This document shows, in pieces, positions 20,764 to 30,647 of a stretch of DNA of 64,000 nucleotides. Numbering within the stretch: the stretch's first letter is position 1; every line of letters starts with the position of its first letter. The stretch lies in the IMG/VR virus record IMGVR_UViG_3300024294_000597, one strand, 5' to 3'. The notes under the pieces are model-generated. The model was not told the DNA's origin. It ran no database searches and saw only the letters and a list, made by a program, of their open reading frames with translations. This DNA is from a virus. A program made the translations under genes and the position numbers.

Positions 20764-21402
20764 TTACATCTCCGCTGAGGTTGTTTTTGCCGCGATAGCT
20801 TCCTTAGTAGTACCTTTTGGTCTACCTCTACCACGTTTAGGGGCTTCTGCCGCCTTTTGTGCCAGAGTTGGATCATATCTAACTGCCTCTGCACGTTTCT
20901 TTTCAGCTTCATTTTCTAATAGAATAGCCTGCTGTAAAAGATTTTGTGCGATTGATTTGTTATCTTGTTCACTATTTAGTGCAACTTGTTCATCAATCCT
21001 TTCGCCTGGCATTTCGCCAACATCTTCTGCTGGTCTTTCAGCACCATCGGCAATCCTTTCCATTTGTTCGAGAATATCTCCTAATGGAATTTGCTTTTGC
21101 GGAGTTGGTTGCATTATCACTGCATCCACTGGTACCTTTTTCAAGTGACCTCTGGTATGTAGTGATTCTAACATTGTTTCCCCATTCCAAAATGTTTTAC
21201 GTTGAAGTGCCTCATGCAATGAATTTGCCGCTTGGCCTTCTGGCGATACGATAGCCGCCATAAAATCATCATGGAATTTGTCTTGCAACATGTCCGAGTA
21301 AACTACTAGAGCATGTTCCTTGTCTTCTGGTATTTGCATAAAGACTACACTTAGGCGTTGACCTGTGCCTTTATGTCTACCAATGTGTTTAGTAATTGCC
21401 AT
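20764..21402 (-). CDS. Hypothetical protein with C-terminal AT-hook-like motif
   Basis: 212 aa; PKRGRGRPKG near the C-terminus. Confidence 0.6.
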   Translation of the reverse strand: MAITKHIGRHKGTGQRLSVVFMQIPEDKEHALVVYSDMLQDKFHDDFMAAIVSPEGQAANSLHEALQRKTFWNGETMLESLHTRGHLKKVPVDAVIMQPTPQKQIPLGDILEQMERIADGAERPAEDVGEMPGERIDEQVALNSEQDNKSIAQNLLQQAILLENEAEKKRAEAVRYDPTLAQKAAEAPKRGRGRPKGTTKEAIAAKTTSAEM

Positions 21403-21696
21403 TTAACTAGCCGAACCTTCGCCCGTAGTTTCAGCAGGTTGTTCTCCTGCCGCCTCACCAGCCGCGTCCGCCGCCGCTTTTTGTTGTGCTTGGACATGGT
21501 CAACGAATGCCTTCACTTTGTTGGCGATTGCTCCAACTGATGATAATTCCGCGGCTTGAAAAGCGCCACGCTTTGATGCTAAGTCAATAATATTGTAAAT
21601 ATTAACCAAGTCATTTACTGTTACCGAAGGTTGTTCTGATTGAACTTCCTCTGGATTTTTGTTTGCTTCTGTCATTGTTGTATACTCCTTTGACAT
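21403..21696 (-). CDS. Hypothetical protein
   Basis: Coupled ORF behind a sigma70 promoter; a downstream start after AAGGAG is likely. Confidence 0.6.
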   Translation of the reverse strand: MSKEYTTMTEANKNPEEVQSEQPSVTVNDLVNIYNIIDLASKRGAFQAAELSSVGAIANKVKAFVDHVQAQQKAAADAAGEAAGEQPAETTGEGSAS

Positions 21697-21739
21697 TAGA
21701 TTATTATATATAATAGAATAACTTAATTATTCAACTACT

Positions 21740-21768
21740 ATTATAACAAATTGAGGGAACGAAGTCAA
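21740..21768 (-). promoter_or_regulatory. sigma70-type promoter TTGACT-N17-TATAAT
   Basis: Directly readable on the minus strand. Confidence 0.75.
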
Positions 21769-21782
21769 TACTTTATTTGAAA

Positions 21783-22325
21783 TTATGCTATAATTTTCAC
21801 GTATTCTTCCGGCCAATCCAGATATCTGAGCCAAACCTGGTGCCTGACTTTCATTGTAAAATTCTTTTGAGCCATTAAACTAAAGAAATTTGGTTTGATT
21901 GGTGTTTTGACTGGCTTAATATCAGTACGTGAGCCTTTAGTTGTATTACATTTTTTACATGCCGTCACCATATTTTCCCAACCAGACTTACCACCTTTGG
22001 ATCTAGGTTTAACATGGTCCAAAGTCAAGTCTTTATGATTAAAAGAATCCAAACAATATTGACAAGTGTAATGGTCACGTATGAATACATTTTTACGTGA
22101 AAAGTTTATACCTTCTCTATCTTGGGATACATATTCACGTACTGCAATTACGGCAGGAACTTTCATAGTATGACTAGGCGAATGTACTTCCCAATCATCA
22201 TGCCATTCTAATACATTAATTTTATCCAACCAAATGAGTTTAATACTTTCTTGCCATGTTAAAGTAGAAAGTGGCGAGAGGCATAAAGGTTTGTAGTCCG
22301 CATTTAGTAGTAAGGTATCGCTCAT
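21783..22325 (-). CDS. HNH endonuclease (McrA-like)
   Basis: RDHYTCQYC, TLDHVKPRSKGG, WENMVTACKKCN. Confidence 0.9.
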   Translation of the reverse strand: MSDTLLLNADYKPLCLSPLSTLTWQESIKLIWLDKINVLEWHDDWEVHSPSHTMKVPAVIAVREYVSQDREGINFSRKNVFIRDHYTCQYCLDSFNHKDLTLDHVKPRSKGGKSGWENMVTACKKCNTTKGSRTDIKPVKTPIKPNFFSLMAQKNFTMKVRHQVWLRYLDWPEEYVKIIA

Positions 22326-22347
22326 TAATGATATTTATTCTCGTATG

Positions 22348-22369
22348 AAAAGGGAGTTTTATACTCCCT
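22348..22369 (-). terminator. Rho-independent terminator
   Basis: AGGGAGT-ATAAA-ACTCCCT followed by TTT on the minus strand, after the vWA gene. Confidence 0.65.
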
Positions 22370-22374
22370 AGTAT

Positions 22375-23697
22375 TTATGCGGCTTCTTTGTGGTAGTAAG
22401 CGTGTTCACCGAACGGTGGGACGATTGAGTCACTGCCATGAATTACAAATAGTGTATCACAGTAATTTGGATTACCCCAACTACCAAATGGGTATCCATC
22501 AGTAAACATTACAAACTTATCAGGATTGATATCGTTTTGTTCCATGAAGTTAAAGTTACATTCAAAATCAGTACCACCTCCACCAACGATTTCATAATCT
22601 TTGATTTCTTCTTGGTTCATCGGAGTAAACTCCTTGAATGAAAATTCATTAACCTCAGTATCGAAAGTCCAAACTCTAAGTCTAAAGTCCTGAAACTGTT
22701 GCATGATGCCTCCAACTTCACCCATGAAGTCAGCTAACATTTTATTATCAATAGAACCTGAAACATCAAGTCCGATACCTAAGTCAACCATAGTATCATT
22801 GTCTTGACCTGGAAGATAAACACCCATAGACCTAGATTTCCTTGATTGACGCATCCATGTAAAATCTGATTTAAGTAAACTTAAAATAGATGTATTAAGT
22901 AACTGTCGCCAATCCATTTTAGGTTCTGTCATAGACTTAACAAGTCTTTTGATATCACCAGGCATATTACCAGCACCAGCAGTTTGAGCCGCTTGAATAA
23001 CAGCCTGTTTCATTTGGTCTTTAAGTTGTTTTGCTTCCTGTTTAGAAATTTTGATAGGCGCTTTACGTCCTGTAGGATCGTTACCACCTGTGCCACCTGT
23101 TTCATCATTGCCATTACCCATGATATGTTGGTCAAGTGTTTTTTTGTCTTCACCTTGACCTGTTTGTTTCAGATGTTGATAAATTTCCTCAGTGTATTTA
23201 CCATGATACTTAGGATCGAATAGTGCAGATTTTGGCATAACACCAATTCTACTTTCAACACAACCTTGATTAACTTTATAGTCAGCGGCTACATTCCAAA
23301 GTTGAGCATCACGATCCTCCTCTTCAAAATCGAATAGACGACCGCCCTCACCACAATGGTCATATACACAGTGAAGAACCTCATGACCTACTACAAAGTC
23401 AATCTCTTCCGGTGTTAAAGTTCTGAAAAAATCACAGTTATAATAAAAATGTTTGCCATCAACTGCGGCTGTTGGGCACCATTCTGCCTCAACTAGTTTT
23501 AATCGTGTAGCAAGTGTACCAAAGAACGGATGTTTGATAAGCATACGTACTCGACCGCCGACAATCATTTCTTTTACTTCTCGGTCAGTGTATTCGAATA
23601 CTACGGGTTCTTCTGAATTTTCATCTACTTCAATGCCTGCATCTTTCAATACATCATCTACTATTTCATCAACTGTTTTCTGATTTGATACTTGCAT
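22375..23697 (-). CDS. vWA domain / metallopeptidase-like protein (DUF2201 type), MoxR partner
   Basis: HEVLH zincin motif, DVSGS MIDAS, GGGTDF, FTDG; likely start MQV at 23697. Confidence 0.85.
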   Translation of the reverse strand: MQVSNQKTVDEIVDDVLKDAGIEVDENSEEPVVFEYTDREVKEMIVGGRVRMLIKHPFFGTLATRLKLVEAEWCPTAAVDGKHFYYNCDFFRTLTPEEIDFVVGHEVLHCVYDHCGEGGRLFDFEEEDRDAQLWNVAADYKVNQGCVESRIGVMPKSALFDPKYHGKYTEEIYQHLKQTGQGEDKKTLDQHIMGNGNDETGGTGGNDPTGRKAPIKISKQEAKQLKDQMKQAVIQAAQTAGAGNMPGDIKRLVKSMTEPKMDWRQLLNTSILSLLKSDFTWMRQSRKSRSMGVYLPGQDNDTMVDLGIGLDVSGSIDNKMLADFMGEVGGIMQQFQDFRLRVWTFDTEVNEFSFKEFTPMNQEEIKDYEIVGGGGTDFECNFNFMEQNDINPDKFVMFTDGYPFGSWGNPNYCDTLFVIHGSDSIVPPFGEHAYYHKEAA

Positions 23698-23730
23698 GTG
23701 AACGTTACCTTTATCTTTCATTATGTATAC

Positions 23731-23759
23731 ATATTAACACGATTCGCTGTATTGTCAAG
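23731..23759 (-). promoter_or_regulatory. Class G promoter CTTGACA-N6-CGAATCG-N3-TAATAT
   Basis: One of five copies with a fixed GANTC site and 16-bp spacer. Confidence 0.8.
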
Positions 23760-23940
23760 TTTTCAATACTTCATTAATCGCATTACGTTCTTTAATTAGT
23801 TGTTCCCTGGTTAAAGCAAACTTAGTGTAATAATCCATATCACTTGTAGTAATCTTATGATATTTACCATCCCTATTGCCTTTTACGTATTTAACTGGCA
23901 ATGACACATTTGATAGACTAGACAATGTAAGCACTCCCAA
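23755..23940 (-). CDS. Hypothetical protein
   Basis: 61-aa ORF; its stop TGA lies inside the -35 box of the next promoter. Confidence 0.45.
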   Translation of the reverse strand: MGVLTLSSLSNVSLPVKYVKGNRDGKYHKITTSDMDYYTKFALTREQLIKERNAINEVLKT

Positions 23941-24202
23941 TATGAGCAGAAGGTCTATTATGCTCTACCGGCTTAGTAGCATATTCATCTGAACCAGGAA
24001 CATATACACTTTCCACCATATATTCTACATCTTTTCCTAACATAGGGACTCTAACACCTCTGTCCAATATCTTTTGTATGATATCTTTAGCATGGTCACT
24101 ATCATAAGCAAACACTGATAATTGGTCAACTTCTCCAGCTGGAGCATCAACAGGTCTAATGTTTACTATATAGTCATTTTTTAGCGATTTTAGTGTTATC
24201 AT
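23918..24202 (-). CDS. Hypothetical protein
   Basis: 94 aa, AGAGAG ribosome site, own promoter. Confidence 0.6.
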   Translation of the reverse strand: MITLKSLKNDYIVNIRPVDAPAGEVDQLSVFAYDSDHAKDIIQKILDRGVRVPMLGKDVEYMVESVYVPGSDEYATKPVEHNRPSAHIGSAYIV

Positions 24203-24232
24203 TTGGTCTCTCTTTATTGTTAATATACTTAT

Positions 24233-24260
24233 ATTATACTACAGATTTACAACCTGTCAA
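24233..24260 (-). promoter_or_regulatory. sigma70-type promoter TTGACA-N16-TATAAT
   Basis: Perfect hexamers; spacer has AAATC rather than GAATC. Confidence 0.75.
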
Positions 24261-24283
24261 CCTTTTGAGAGATAAAAAACTAA

Positions 24284-25432
24284 TTATTTTATCAAAATAC
24301 TAGCATTTGTGCCACCAAAACCGAAAGAATTGCACAATACAGAGGTTATTTCTGCACGTTCTGACTTACTACGTATGTTTGGACTATAACCTTCTTCAAA
24401 CGCTTCTACGTTCACCGTAGGCGGTATAATAGCGTGTTTTAGAGACATAATAGACATAGCAAGTTCTACAGAACCAGCGGCGCCCATACAGTGTCCTAAC
24501 TGTGATTTGTTAGCAACTATGGGTACATCCTGTAATCCTAATCTATTGATAGCATCTAGTTCCGCATAATCTCCCATAGGTGTTGATGTTCCGTGTACAT
24601 TAATAAGACTAGGTGTTGTGTCTTTTAAAGCATCTTTCATGCATTCTTGTACAACCTTGCCGTCAGGATGAGGAGCAACAGTTTGATAGGCATCATTATT
24701 GATAGCATAACCATCAATCTCGCATATTGTATTGTCCGTCTTATGTTTACTCAATAAGAATAACGCACCGCCTTCACTTAATACTAATCCATCACGTTGA
24801 GTATCATAAGGTCTTGATGCTTTTTCTGGTGTATCATTATATTTGGTTGATAAGGCTCTGAGTTTTCCCATCTGTTTGAATGCATCTGGGTGTATAGTTT
24901 TATCTACAGAACCTGCTATTACATTATCTACCATACCCATTTCAATCATCATGGCCGCCCATATAACACTATAGATGCCTGTGCTACATGCAGTCAAGGT
25001 CATTGCACTAGCACCAGTTAAACCATATTTCATGTTTATATTATGTGCAATCATATCAGGACAATAGTGATAAATGTTATCAGCATTTTCCTTATTTGAC
25101 TGTAAAATTTCTAAGTACATAGAGAAGCCCGGAGATACAATAACACCTGTACGACTTTTATCTAATCCATCTAAGTTTATTTGACTTGCTAATGCTAAAG
25201 CCCATTGATTTGATTCTGGAAGTCTATCACGTTCTGACTCAGTTATGATAGGATATTCTTTTGCATCGAAATGAAACTCTCCAGCTACTTTGCTTCGTGT
25301 CCATCTACTTTCATTTGGGTCAAACTTTGTAATTGGCCCATATGCTACTTTGTTATTGGTAACTCCTTTCCATGTTTCCTGTAAATCACCGAAGGGCGTG
25401 AAACATGAAAGGTCGTTAATATATACGGTCAT
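24284..25432 (-). CDS. fabF: Beta-ketoacyl-ACP synthase II (FabF-like)
   Basis: TACST (Cys), VHGTST and GHCMGAAG (His, His), SRPYD, NSFGFGGTN. Confidence 0.9.
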   Translation of the reverse strand: MTVYINDLSCFTPFGDLQETWKGVTNNKVAYGPITKFDPNESRWTRSKVAGEFHFDAKEYPIITESERDRLPESNQWALALASQINLDGLDKSRTGVIVSPGFSMYLEILQSNKENADNIYHYCPDMIAHNINMKYGLTGASAMTLTACSTGIYSVIWAAMMIEMGMVDNVIAGSVDKTIHPDAFKQMGKLRALSTKYNDTPEKASRPYDTQRDGLVLSEGGALFLLSKHKTDNTICEIDGYAINNDAYQTVAPHPDGKVVQECMKDALKDTTPSLINVHGTSTPMGDYAELDAINRLGLQDVPIVANKSQLGHCMGAAGSVELAMSIMSLKHAIIPPTVNVEAFEEGYSPNIRSKSERAEITSVLCNSFGFGGTNASILIK

Positions 25433-26204
25433 ATTTTAAATCCGTTGCTATAATGTATTTGATGATTAATCCTGTTGGATCAAATTGATACCACTTCTCT
25501 TGTGTAGTGTAACTTAAACTGTTATTATGATGGTTATTATGCCAACCTTCACCGAATGTGATTAATGCTAAGAACCAGTTATTCTTACTATCATCACCTG
25601 TATCGTGTTCTGGCTTACCAAATATGTGTAGTAAATGTACAATACCAAATGTACCTACCCAAAATTGATACACGCCTGTAATACCTAATACATATCCCGG
25701 TAAGATTGGATCGATAAGAAATAGAATAATCATAGCAACTGTAATAATTTGAAAATAATAACGTTGCATAAATCTTACTTGCGGATCCATATATAAGTCT
25801 TTAAAAATTCTACGTTCAGGAGGAAAGTCTTCATAGAAACCCATTAAGTTTTCCCACCATGATTTTTCTCTTGGACTATGTATGTCCATACCTTCTACAT
25901 CGGAATATTTGTGATGTAATCTATGTCCACCTATCGTTGCTAATGGTTTACCTGGAAAGCCTAATGCGCCCCACCAGAGCAATAGTACCTGACGTTTCCT
26001 TCCAGTCTGATAACTTCTATGTGCCCAATATCTGTGCCAACCTGCAAATCCACCTATCATAGTTGTTATACAACCCCATGCAAACGAGTACCAAAAATAC
26101 TCTGGTGCGGTTATAATACTAAAGAGTAATACCAGGTGCAAAACAATCCATAGTGTTCGCATCTTCCAACCATAAGTATATTTTTCTAGTAGACTTTTAA
26201 TCAT
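25416..26204 (-). CDS. Membrane fatty acid desaturase (delta-9-like)
   Basis: His boxes HRYWAH, HRLHH, GEGWHNNHH; hydrophobic segments. Confidence 0.9.
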   Translation of the reverse strand: MIKSLLEKYTYGWKMRTLWIVLHLVLLFSIITAPEYFWYSFAWGCITTMIGGFAGWHRYWAHRSYQTGRKRQVLLLWWGALGFPGKPLATIGGHRLHHKYSDVEGMDIHSPREKSWWENLMGFYEDFPPERRIFKDLYMDPQVRFMQRYYFQIITVAMIILFLIDPILPGYVLGITGVYQFWVGTFGIVHLLHIFGKPEHDTGDDSKNNWFLALITFGEGWHNNHHNNSLSYTTQEKWYQFDPTGLIIKYIIATDLKYDRIY

Positions 26205-26811
26205 GTTTTTCTATCCTCTCTCCTGTTCTAAAGTTTCTCCAATTAAACTTCCAAACATCTTGCTTAATCCCATACAATGGGAAATCTTTATGTAATAGAG
26301 TTAGCTTATCTTCGTGTGGCCATGCCACATAAGCAAATCTCCATATCTTGTGCATCGTGCCACTTCTATCTTCACTGTGGTCTTGTGATGCTGTTGTAAC
26401 CACACAATCTGTGGCTCCTTGTTCATGTGCCCAATCTACCATAAAAGGAACTAATCTTGCAAATCCAAACTCATGATACATTCTTCTAGTATTCTGTCTA
26501 TCGTCTGCCATATTACGCCACTCAGGTAGTGTTGCCAATCTATAGTTTATCATATAACATGTATCATGTACATGTGGCAAGTAATGTGCACCTGCCATTG
26601 ATACTATCTTATCCTCGTGATAAACAAACCACCAGTTCTCTTGTGAACCCCATTTGCCAAACTTCAATGCTTTGAGACTAGCATTATTTAGTATACCTGC
26701 ATCACCACACTTATCGCAGAATTCTTCTAAGTCTGCTTTTAATGTGCTATCGTATTCTACTACTTTAAATTCGTAACCCTCTGCACCAGTGAATGTTTCT
26801 AATACTTTCAT
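26197..26811 (-). CDS. GNAT-fold acyltransferase-like protein
   Basis: IVSMAG strand and YRLATLPEWR (motif A-like), then FARLV...WAHEQG. Confidence 0.5.
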   Translation of the reverse strand: MKVLETFTGAEGYEFKVVEYDSTLKADLEEFCDKCGDAGILNNASLKALKFGKWGSQENWWFVYHEDKIVSMAGAHYLPHVHDTCYMINYRLATLPEWRNMADDRQNTRRMYHEFGFARLVPFMVDWAHEQGATDCVVTTASQDHSEDRSGTMHKIWRFAYVAWPHEDKLTLLHKDFPLYGIKQDVWKFNWRNFRTGERIEKHD

Positions 26812-27533
26812 TTCTTAGCCAATAACATTGGAATATAATATTTACCAGCCCAATCAGTTAGGTCATCACGTGACATATCAAGTCTTGCTGAATACTTGTG
26901 ATGTATGTCGTGACATCCCTCTCCCATCATCCAGATGTTTGAAAAGCCACCTAATCTAGCAGGCCCACCCTCTTTGTGTGCTGAGAAGTTTAACCAAGTA
27001 AGTGCTACCCACATGTGAGTAAAGTTAAATGCTTGCCATACAACTAACCACGGGCTGATTATTAAATGTATTAATGTGAATAATGCATATAGTTTCCAAT
27101 AGTTTCTATCAACATAAACTACATCACGTTTCTTTAATAGAAAACGTAAACTAATATAATCCTCTGGCGTCTTATAATGTCCTAACCACATTTTCCAGAA
27201 GCCTAGGTCAGCTGGATTATGCGTGTCCTTATCTGTATCTGAATTCTTATGATGATTTAAATGAGAGTACACATATTGTATTGGACTTCCATTTGCACTC
27301 ATAATAATACCATACAACATTGCATAGCGTCCTACGATATGAGGAACAAATTGGTCATGACATAACCATCGATGATATGCAATCTGTGACAATGCATTTG
27401 TTACACAACCATATAAGGTAAATGTTAATGCAAGTTGCCAAGATCCACCTGTAATAAAGTATGCCGGTATACCAATTAAGGTAATTGCTAACATGAAAAA
27501 TACTTTTACTGTTACTTTATTTTGATATGTCAT
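26808..27533 (-). CDS. Membrane fatty acid desaturase (second paralog)
   Basis: HRWLCH, HLNHH, GEGCHDIHH. Confidence 0.88.
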   Translation of the reverse strand: MTYQNKVTVKVFFMLAITLIGIPAYFITGGSWQLALTFTLYGCVTNALSQIAYHRWLCHDQFVPHIVGRYAMLYGIIMSANGSPIQYVYSHLNHHKNSDTDKDTHNPADLGFWKMWLGHYKTPEDYISLRFLLKKRDVVYVDRNYWKLYALFTLIHLIISPWLVVWQAFNFTHMWVALTWLNFSAHKEGGPARLGGFSNIWMMGEGCHDIHHKYSARLDMSRDDLTDWAGKYYIPMLLAKK

Positions 27534-29209
27534 TACTTCTTTAGTGATTCCTCTAATACTTCTTCGTGGCTTTTGCCATCAAACAAAAACTTTCTATGCC
27601 AATCGTATGCATGTGGAGCCAAATCGCCTTGTGCCTTACTTAATTTCTTGCAATACTCGAACATTATATCTGCTTTGTCTAACAGTTCTTTCTTAGTATT
27701 TAGTTCAACTGAATCATCAAAACACCCCATAGCAGTGGCTACATTCATCCACATATAATCAGGATATAAACTATTACCTATATGATTGTCAGGGTTTCTA
27801 TACTCTTCCCAACATGCTTTGGCATGATTGTGCTTCTTGCCATACTCTTTTTGTTTCTTCCAGAAATTAGTATCTTCTCTATTTGATAATGTATAATGAT
27901 ATGCAATAAAGTTTGCAGTATGGTCTTCTAATTTATTCATACTCTTATTATATGCATGTACACTTCCAGGTGATATAGTTTTATCCTCGTCCCATGCACG
28001 TTTTACTAATCTATCTAATATCTGTATGCCCCATTGTGTTATGTATAATGCATTACCTTCCATTGGTTCAATAAATGAATGACTCATTCCGATGCTTAGT
28101 ACGTTTTTATTCCAAGGAGTAACCATACGTCCTGCCTTCCATGAAATATGTTTTGGTGGTTTGATAAACTCATAACCTTCCCAATATTTCATAAACTTTG
28201 CTTTTGCATCTTCGACAGATATTTCAGTCTTATCAAAAATATAACCTGAACCCATTCTGTTATATAATGAAATAACAAAGTTCCAGCCTTCGTCTTGTGC
28301 ATACGTTTGTGTATACGGTTTGAATTCGTTATATATGTCCTTGTACTTTAGTGGACCAACAATAGCATCTTGTGTATGAATAAAATCGTAATCATGCCAT
28401 TCATTATTCATCCCATCCACTAATACTTTGTGGAAGCCTGAACAATCGATAAACAAATCACCTTCATGTTCTATGCCATCTTCCATTATTAGTTTTGTAA
28501 TGTATCCATCCTCATCTTTAATGATATCTTTGACATCACCAATGGAATGATTAACCCCTTTTGGTATGGCAACTTTATCTCTAATGATTTCTGGAAATCT
28601 ATTTGCATCTAAATGATATGTATATGCTGACCAGTCACCGACTAAGCAGTTATCATCCATATCAAATGGTGCCTTGTTACCTTTCATTAAATAATGTTGT
28701 TCATGCATATCCTCTGAAAGTTCATTAATGTTTTTTCTACCATCACGTACTAATTGCAACCAATAGTCGTTCCACTTATCATTTACTCCGGCTTCGCCTT
28801 TAGAATTAGTAAAGTAATCATCTGTAGTAAGTTGTCCATAAAAACTTCTGGTTAGATGTTTCTCAGGTAGTGCGAATGAAAATGAATAGTATTGTACATC
28901 TTCCTTTGGTGCATTCCAATGGTCTGTTACATGGTGTCGTTTACCTGGTGTACTCCAACCAACAAATTTGTTACCTAATTTATAAACTGAATTAGTATAA
29001 CTCATCCAGTCTCTTTCCTCAAGACCCATTGTTGATAATAAATCATTTACTTGAGGCACTACACTTTCACCTACACCTATTGTAGGAATGTTATCACTCT
29101 CAATTAAAGTAATGTCTAACCACGGGTGCTTATTTTTCATGTAACCTGCAGTGAACCAACCGTTTATTCCACCACCAACGATTACAAGTTTTTTTAGTTT
29201 GGCTTTCAT
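27533..29209 (-). CDS. Flavin-dependent tryptophan-halogenase family protein
   Basis: IVGGGING, IGVGES, YKLG (catalytic Lys position), FIDCSGF, FIEPME; WxWxIP is diverged to WNFVIS. Confidence 0.85.
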   Translation of the reverse strand: MKAKLKKLVIVGGGINGWFTAGYMKNKHPWLDITLIESDNIPTIGVGESVVPQVNDLLSTMGLEERDWMSYTNSVYKLGNKFVGWSTPGKRHHVTDHWNAPKEDVQYYSFSFALPEKHLTRSFYGQLTTDDYFTNSKGEAGVNDKWNDYWLQLVRDGRKNINELSEDMHEQHYLMKGNKAPFDMDDNCLVGDWSAYTYHLDANRFPEIIRDKVAIPKGVNHSIGDVKDIIKDEDGYITKLIMEDGIEHEGDLFIDCSGFHKVLVDGMNNEWHDYDFIHTQDAIVGPLKYKDIYNEFKPYTQTYAQDEGWNFVISLYNRMGSGYIFDKTEISVEDAKAKFMKYWEGYEFIKPPKHISWKAGRMVTPWNKNVLSIGMSHSFIEPMEGNALYITQWGIQILDRLVKRAWDEDKTISPGSVHAYNKSMNKLEDHTANFIAYHYTLSNREDTNFWKKQKEYGKKHNHAKACWEEYRNPDNHIGNSLYPDYMWMNVATAMGCFDDSVELNTKKELLDKADIMFEYCKKLSKAQGDLAPHAYDWHRKFLFDGKSHEEVLEESLKK

Positions 29210-29211
29210 TT

Positions 29212-30576
29212 TTACTCCACAAATTGTTCTTTGACTACGTGTCTCTGAACTTTGCCCATAGGATTTCTAGGTAGTGGATCTTTGGTAATAACAATTTCTT
29301 TAGGTAATTCATACTGAAATAATTTATCTTTAACAAAGTCCATCAACTCAAGACTATTTATCTCACTGTCCGCACTGACTACTGCAACAATTTCTTTTTC
29401 CCCTAGTCCTCTATCACGATATGTAACACAAACTTCGTTAACCTCTTCATGAGGTAATAACATATTTTCAATTTTAATAGGCGATACATTGAAACTGTTT
29501 ACTTTTATTAAATCTGTTTTACGTGATTTATAAAATAAAAGATTATGCTGAGTTTCTAATACATCACCAGTACACCAATAGCCATCATCATCTATAGGTG
29601 TTTCTTGATTCAGATATCCTTCTGTAACACAACTACCTTTAATCCAAGCAACACCATATCTATCTAATTTGAAATCATAGTTATCAGTAATATGAATTTG
29701 TAAAGGATGTGGATCATCTGGAGTTGCCAAGTGTGTAAACATTGGTACATGTGTTTCAGTACAGCCATACAAGTTTCTTAATGCAGGTGCACCTTTATCA
29801 AATAGTTCTTGTAGCATTTCTTCCGGACAAACTGTACTACCAAAACCTAACTCACGCCAATGAGACAAGTCTGCGTCTTTCCAACCACGTGTCTTAGACA
29901 GGGCCAACATCATTGCAGGAACCATAATACCTATCGTAGGTTTCATTTCGTTACAAATCTTAATAAACTTTCTGGGATTAAACATTTCACAAATTACTGT
30001 ACACCCTTTCATTAAACCAGGAAGTGTATAAAGATACAGACCACCAATAGTCCAAGGAGGAAGTTGTGAGAGTATTACATCATCAGATGTTAAAGTTTGA
30101 ATTAGAATGTTTTGTATTGAGCCTTGGACACATGCCATTCTAGTATGTGGGACTGCCTTAGGCTCTCCTGTAGTACCGCTAGTAAATATAACAGTATATA
30201 AATCATCTGCACCTTTGGCAAATACTAATCCTTTGTTATGAGGTTTTAGATTAGATGCATCATCCTCATTTAGAATAATATGATTTGGTTTACTGGCATT
30301 CTCAATACGAGATACCATACCTTCAGTTAGATTTGGCATAGTGGGCATGAATGTGACTCCTAACATATCACAAGCTAATACCATTCTTACATAATGATAT
30401 TCTTTTTCACTTGAAAATAGTAGACGCTCACCAGGCCTGATGGCAGTAGACAACGTAGCACCTAGTTTTTCAACACTGGTGATTAGTTCGTTGTATGTAT
30501 AACTCTTATCGTGGCAAATCAGGGCAGTCTTGCTACCGTGATTCTTTGCCTGTGCTTTTATTGTTTCCCAAATCAT
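29212..30576 (-). CDS. AMP-forming acyl-CoA/acyl-ACP ligase (ANL adenylation enzyme)
   Basis: FTSGTTGEPK, YGCTE, TGD, LPRNPMGKV. Confidence 0.9.
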   Translation of the reverse strand: MIWETIKAQAKNHGSKTALICHDKSYTYNELITSVEKLGATLSTAIRPGERLLFSSEKEYHYVRMVLACDMLGVTFMPTMPNLTEGMVSRIENASKPNHIILNEDDASNLKPHNKGLVFAKGADDLYTVIFTSGTTGEPKAVPHTRMACVQGSIQNILIQTLTSDDVILSQLPPWTIGGLYLYTLPGLMKGCTVICEMFNPRKFIKICNEMKPTIGIMVPAMMLALSKTRGWKDADLSHWRELGFGSTVCPEEMLQELFDKGAPALRNLYGCTETHVPMFTHLATPDDPHPLQIHITDNYDFKLDRYGVAWIKGSCVTEGYLNQETPIDDDGYWCTGDVLETQHNLLFYKSRKTDLIKVNSFNVSPIKIENMLLPHEEVNEVCVTYRDRGLGEKEIVAVVSADSEINSLELMDFVKDKLFQYELPKEIVITKDPLPRNPMGKVQRHVVKEQFVE

Positions 30577-30581
30577 ATCTA

Positions 30582-30610
30582 ATTATAACAAAAAAAGGGA
30601 GAGAAGTCAA
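30582..30610 (-). promoter_or_regulatory. sigma70-type promoter TTGACT-N17-TATAAT, probably giving a leaderless transcript
   Basis: The -10 box ends 5 nt before ATG 30576. Confidence 0.75.
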
Positions 30611-30624
30611 CACCTCTCTCCCTT
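30590..30624 (-). terminator. Rho-independent terminator overlapping the promoter
   Basis: AAGGGAGAGA-loop-TCTCTCCCTT followed by a T run on the minus strand. Confidence 0.75.
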
Positions 30625-30647
30625 AAAACGCAATAAAGTGTCTGCTC

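Noticed and set aside
23755-24202. Acyl carrier protein for the lipid cluster
   Set aside because: No DSL/GxDS phosphopantetheine motif, and the genes have a separate promoter.
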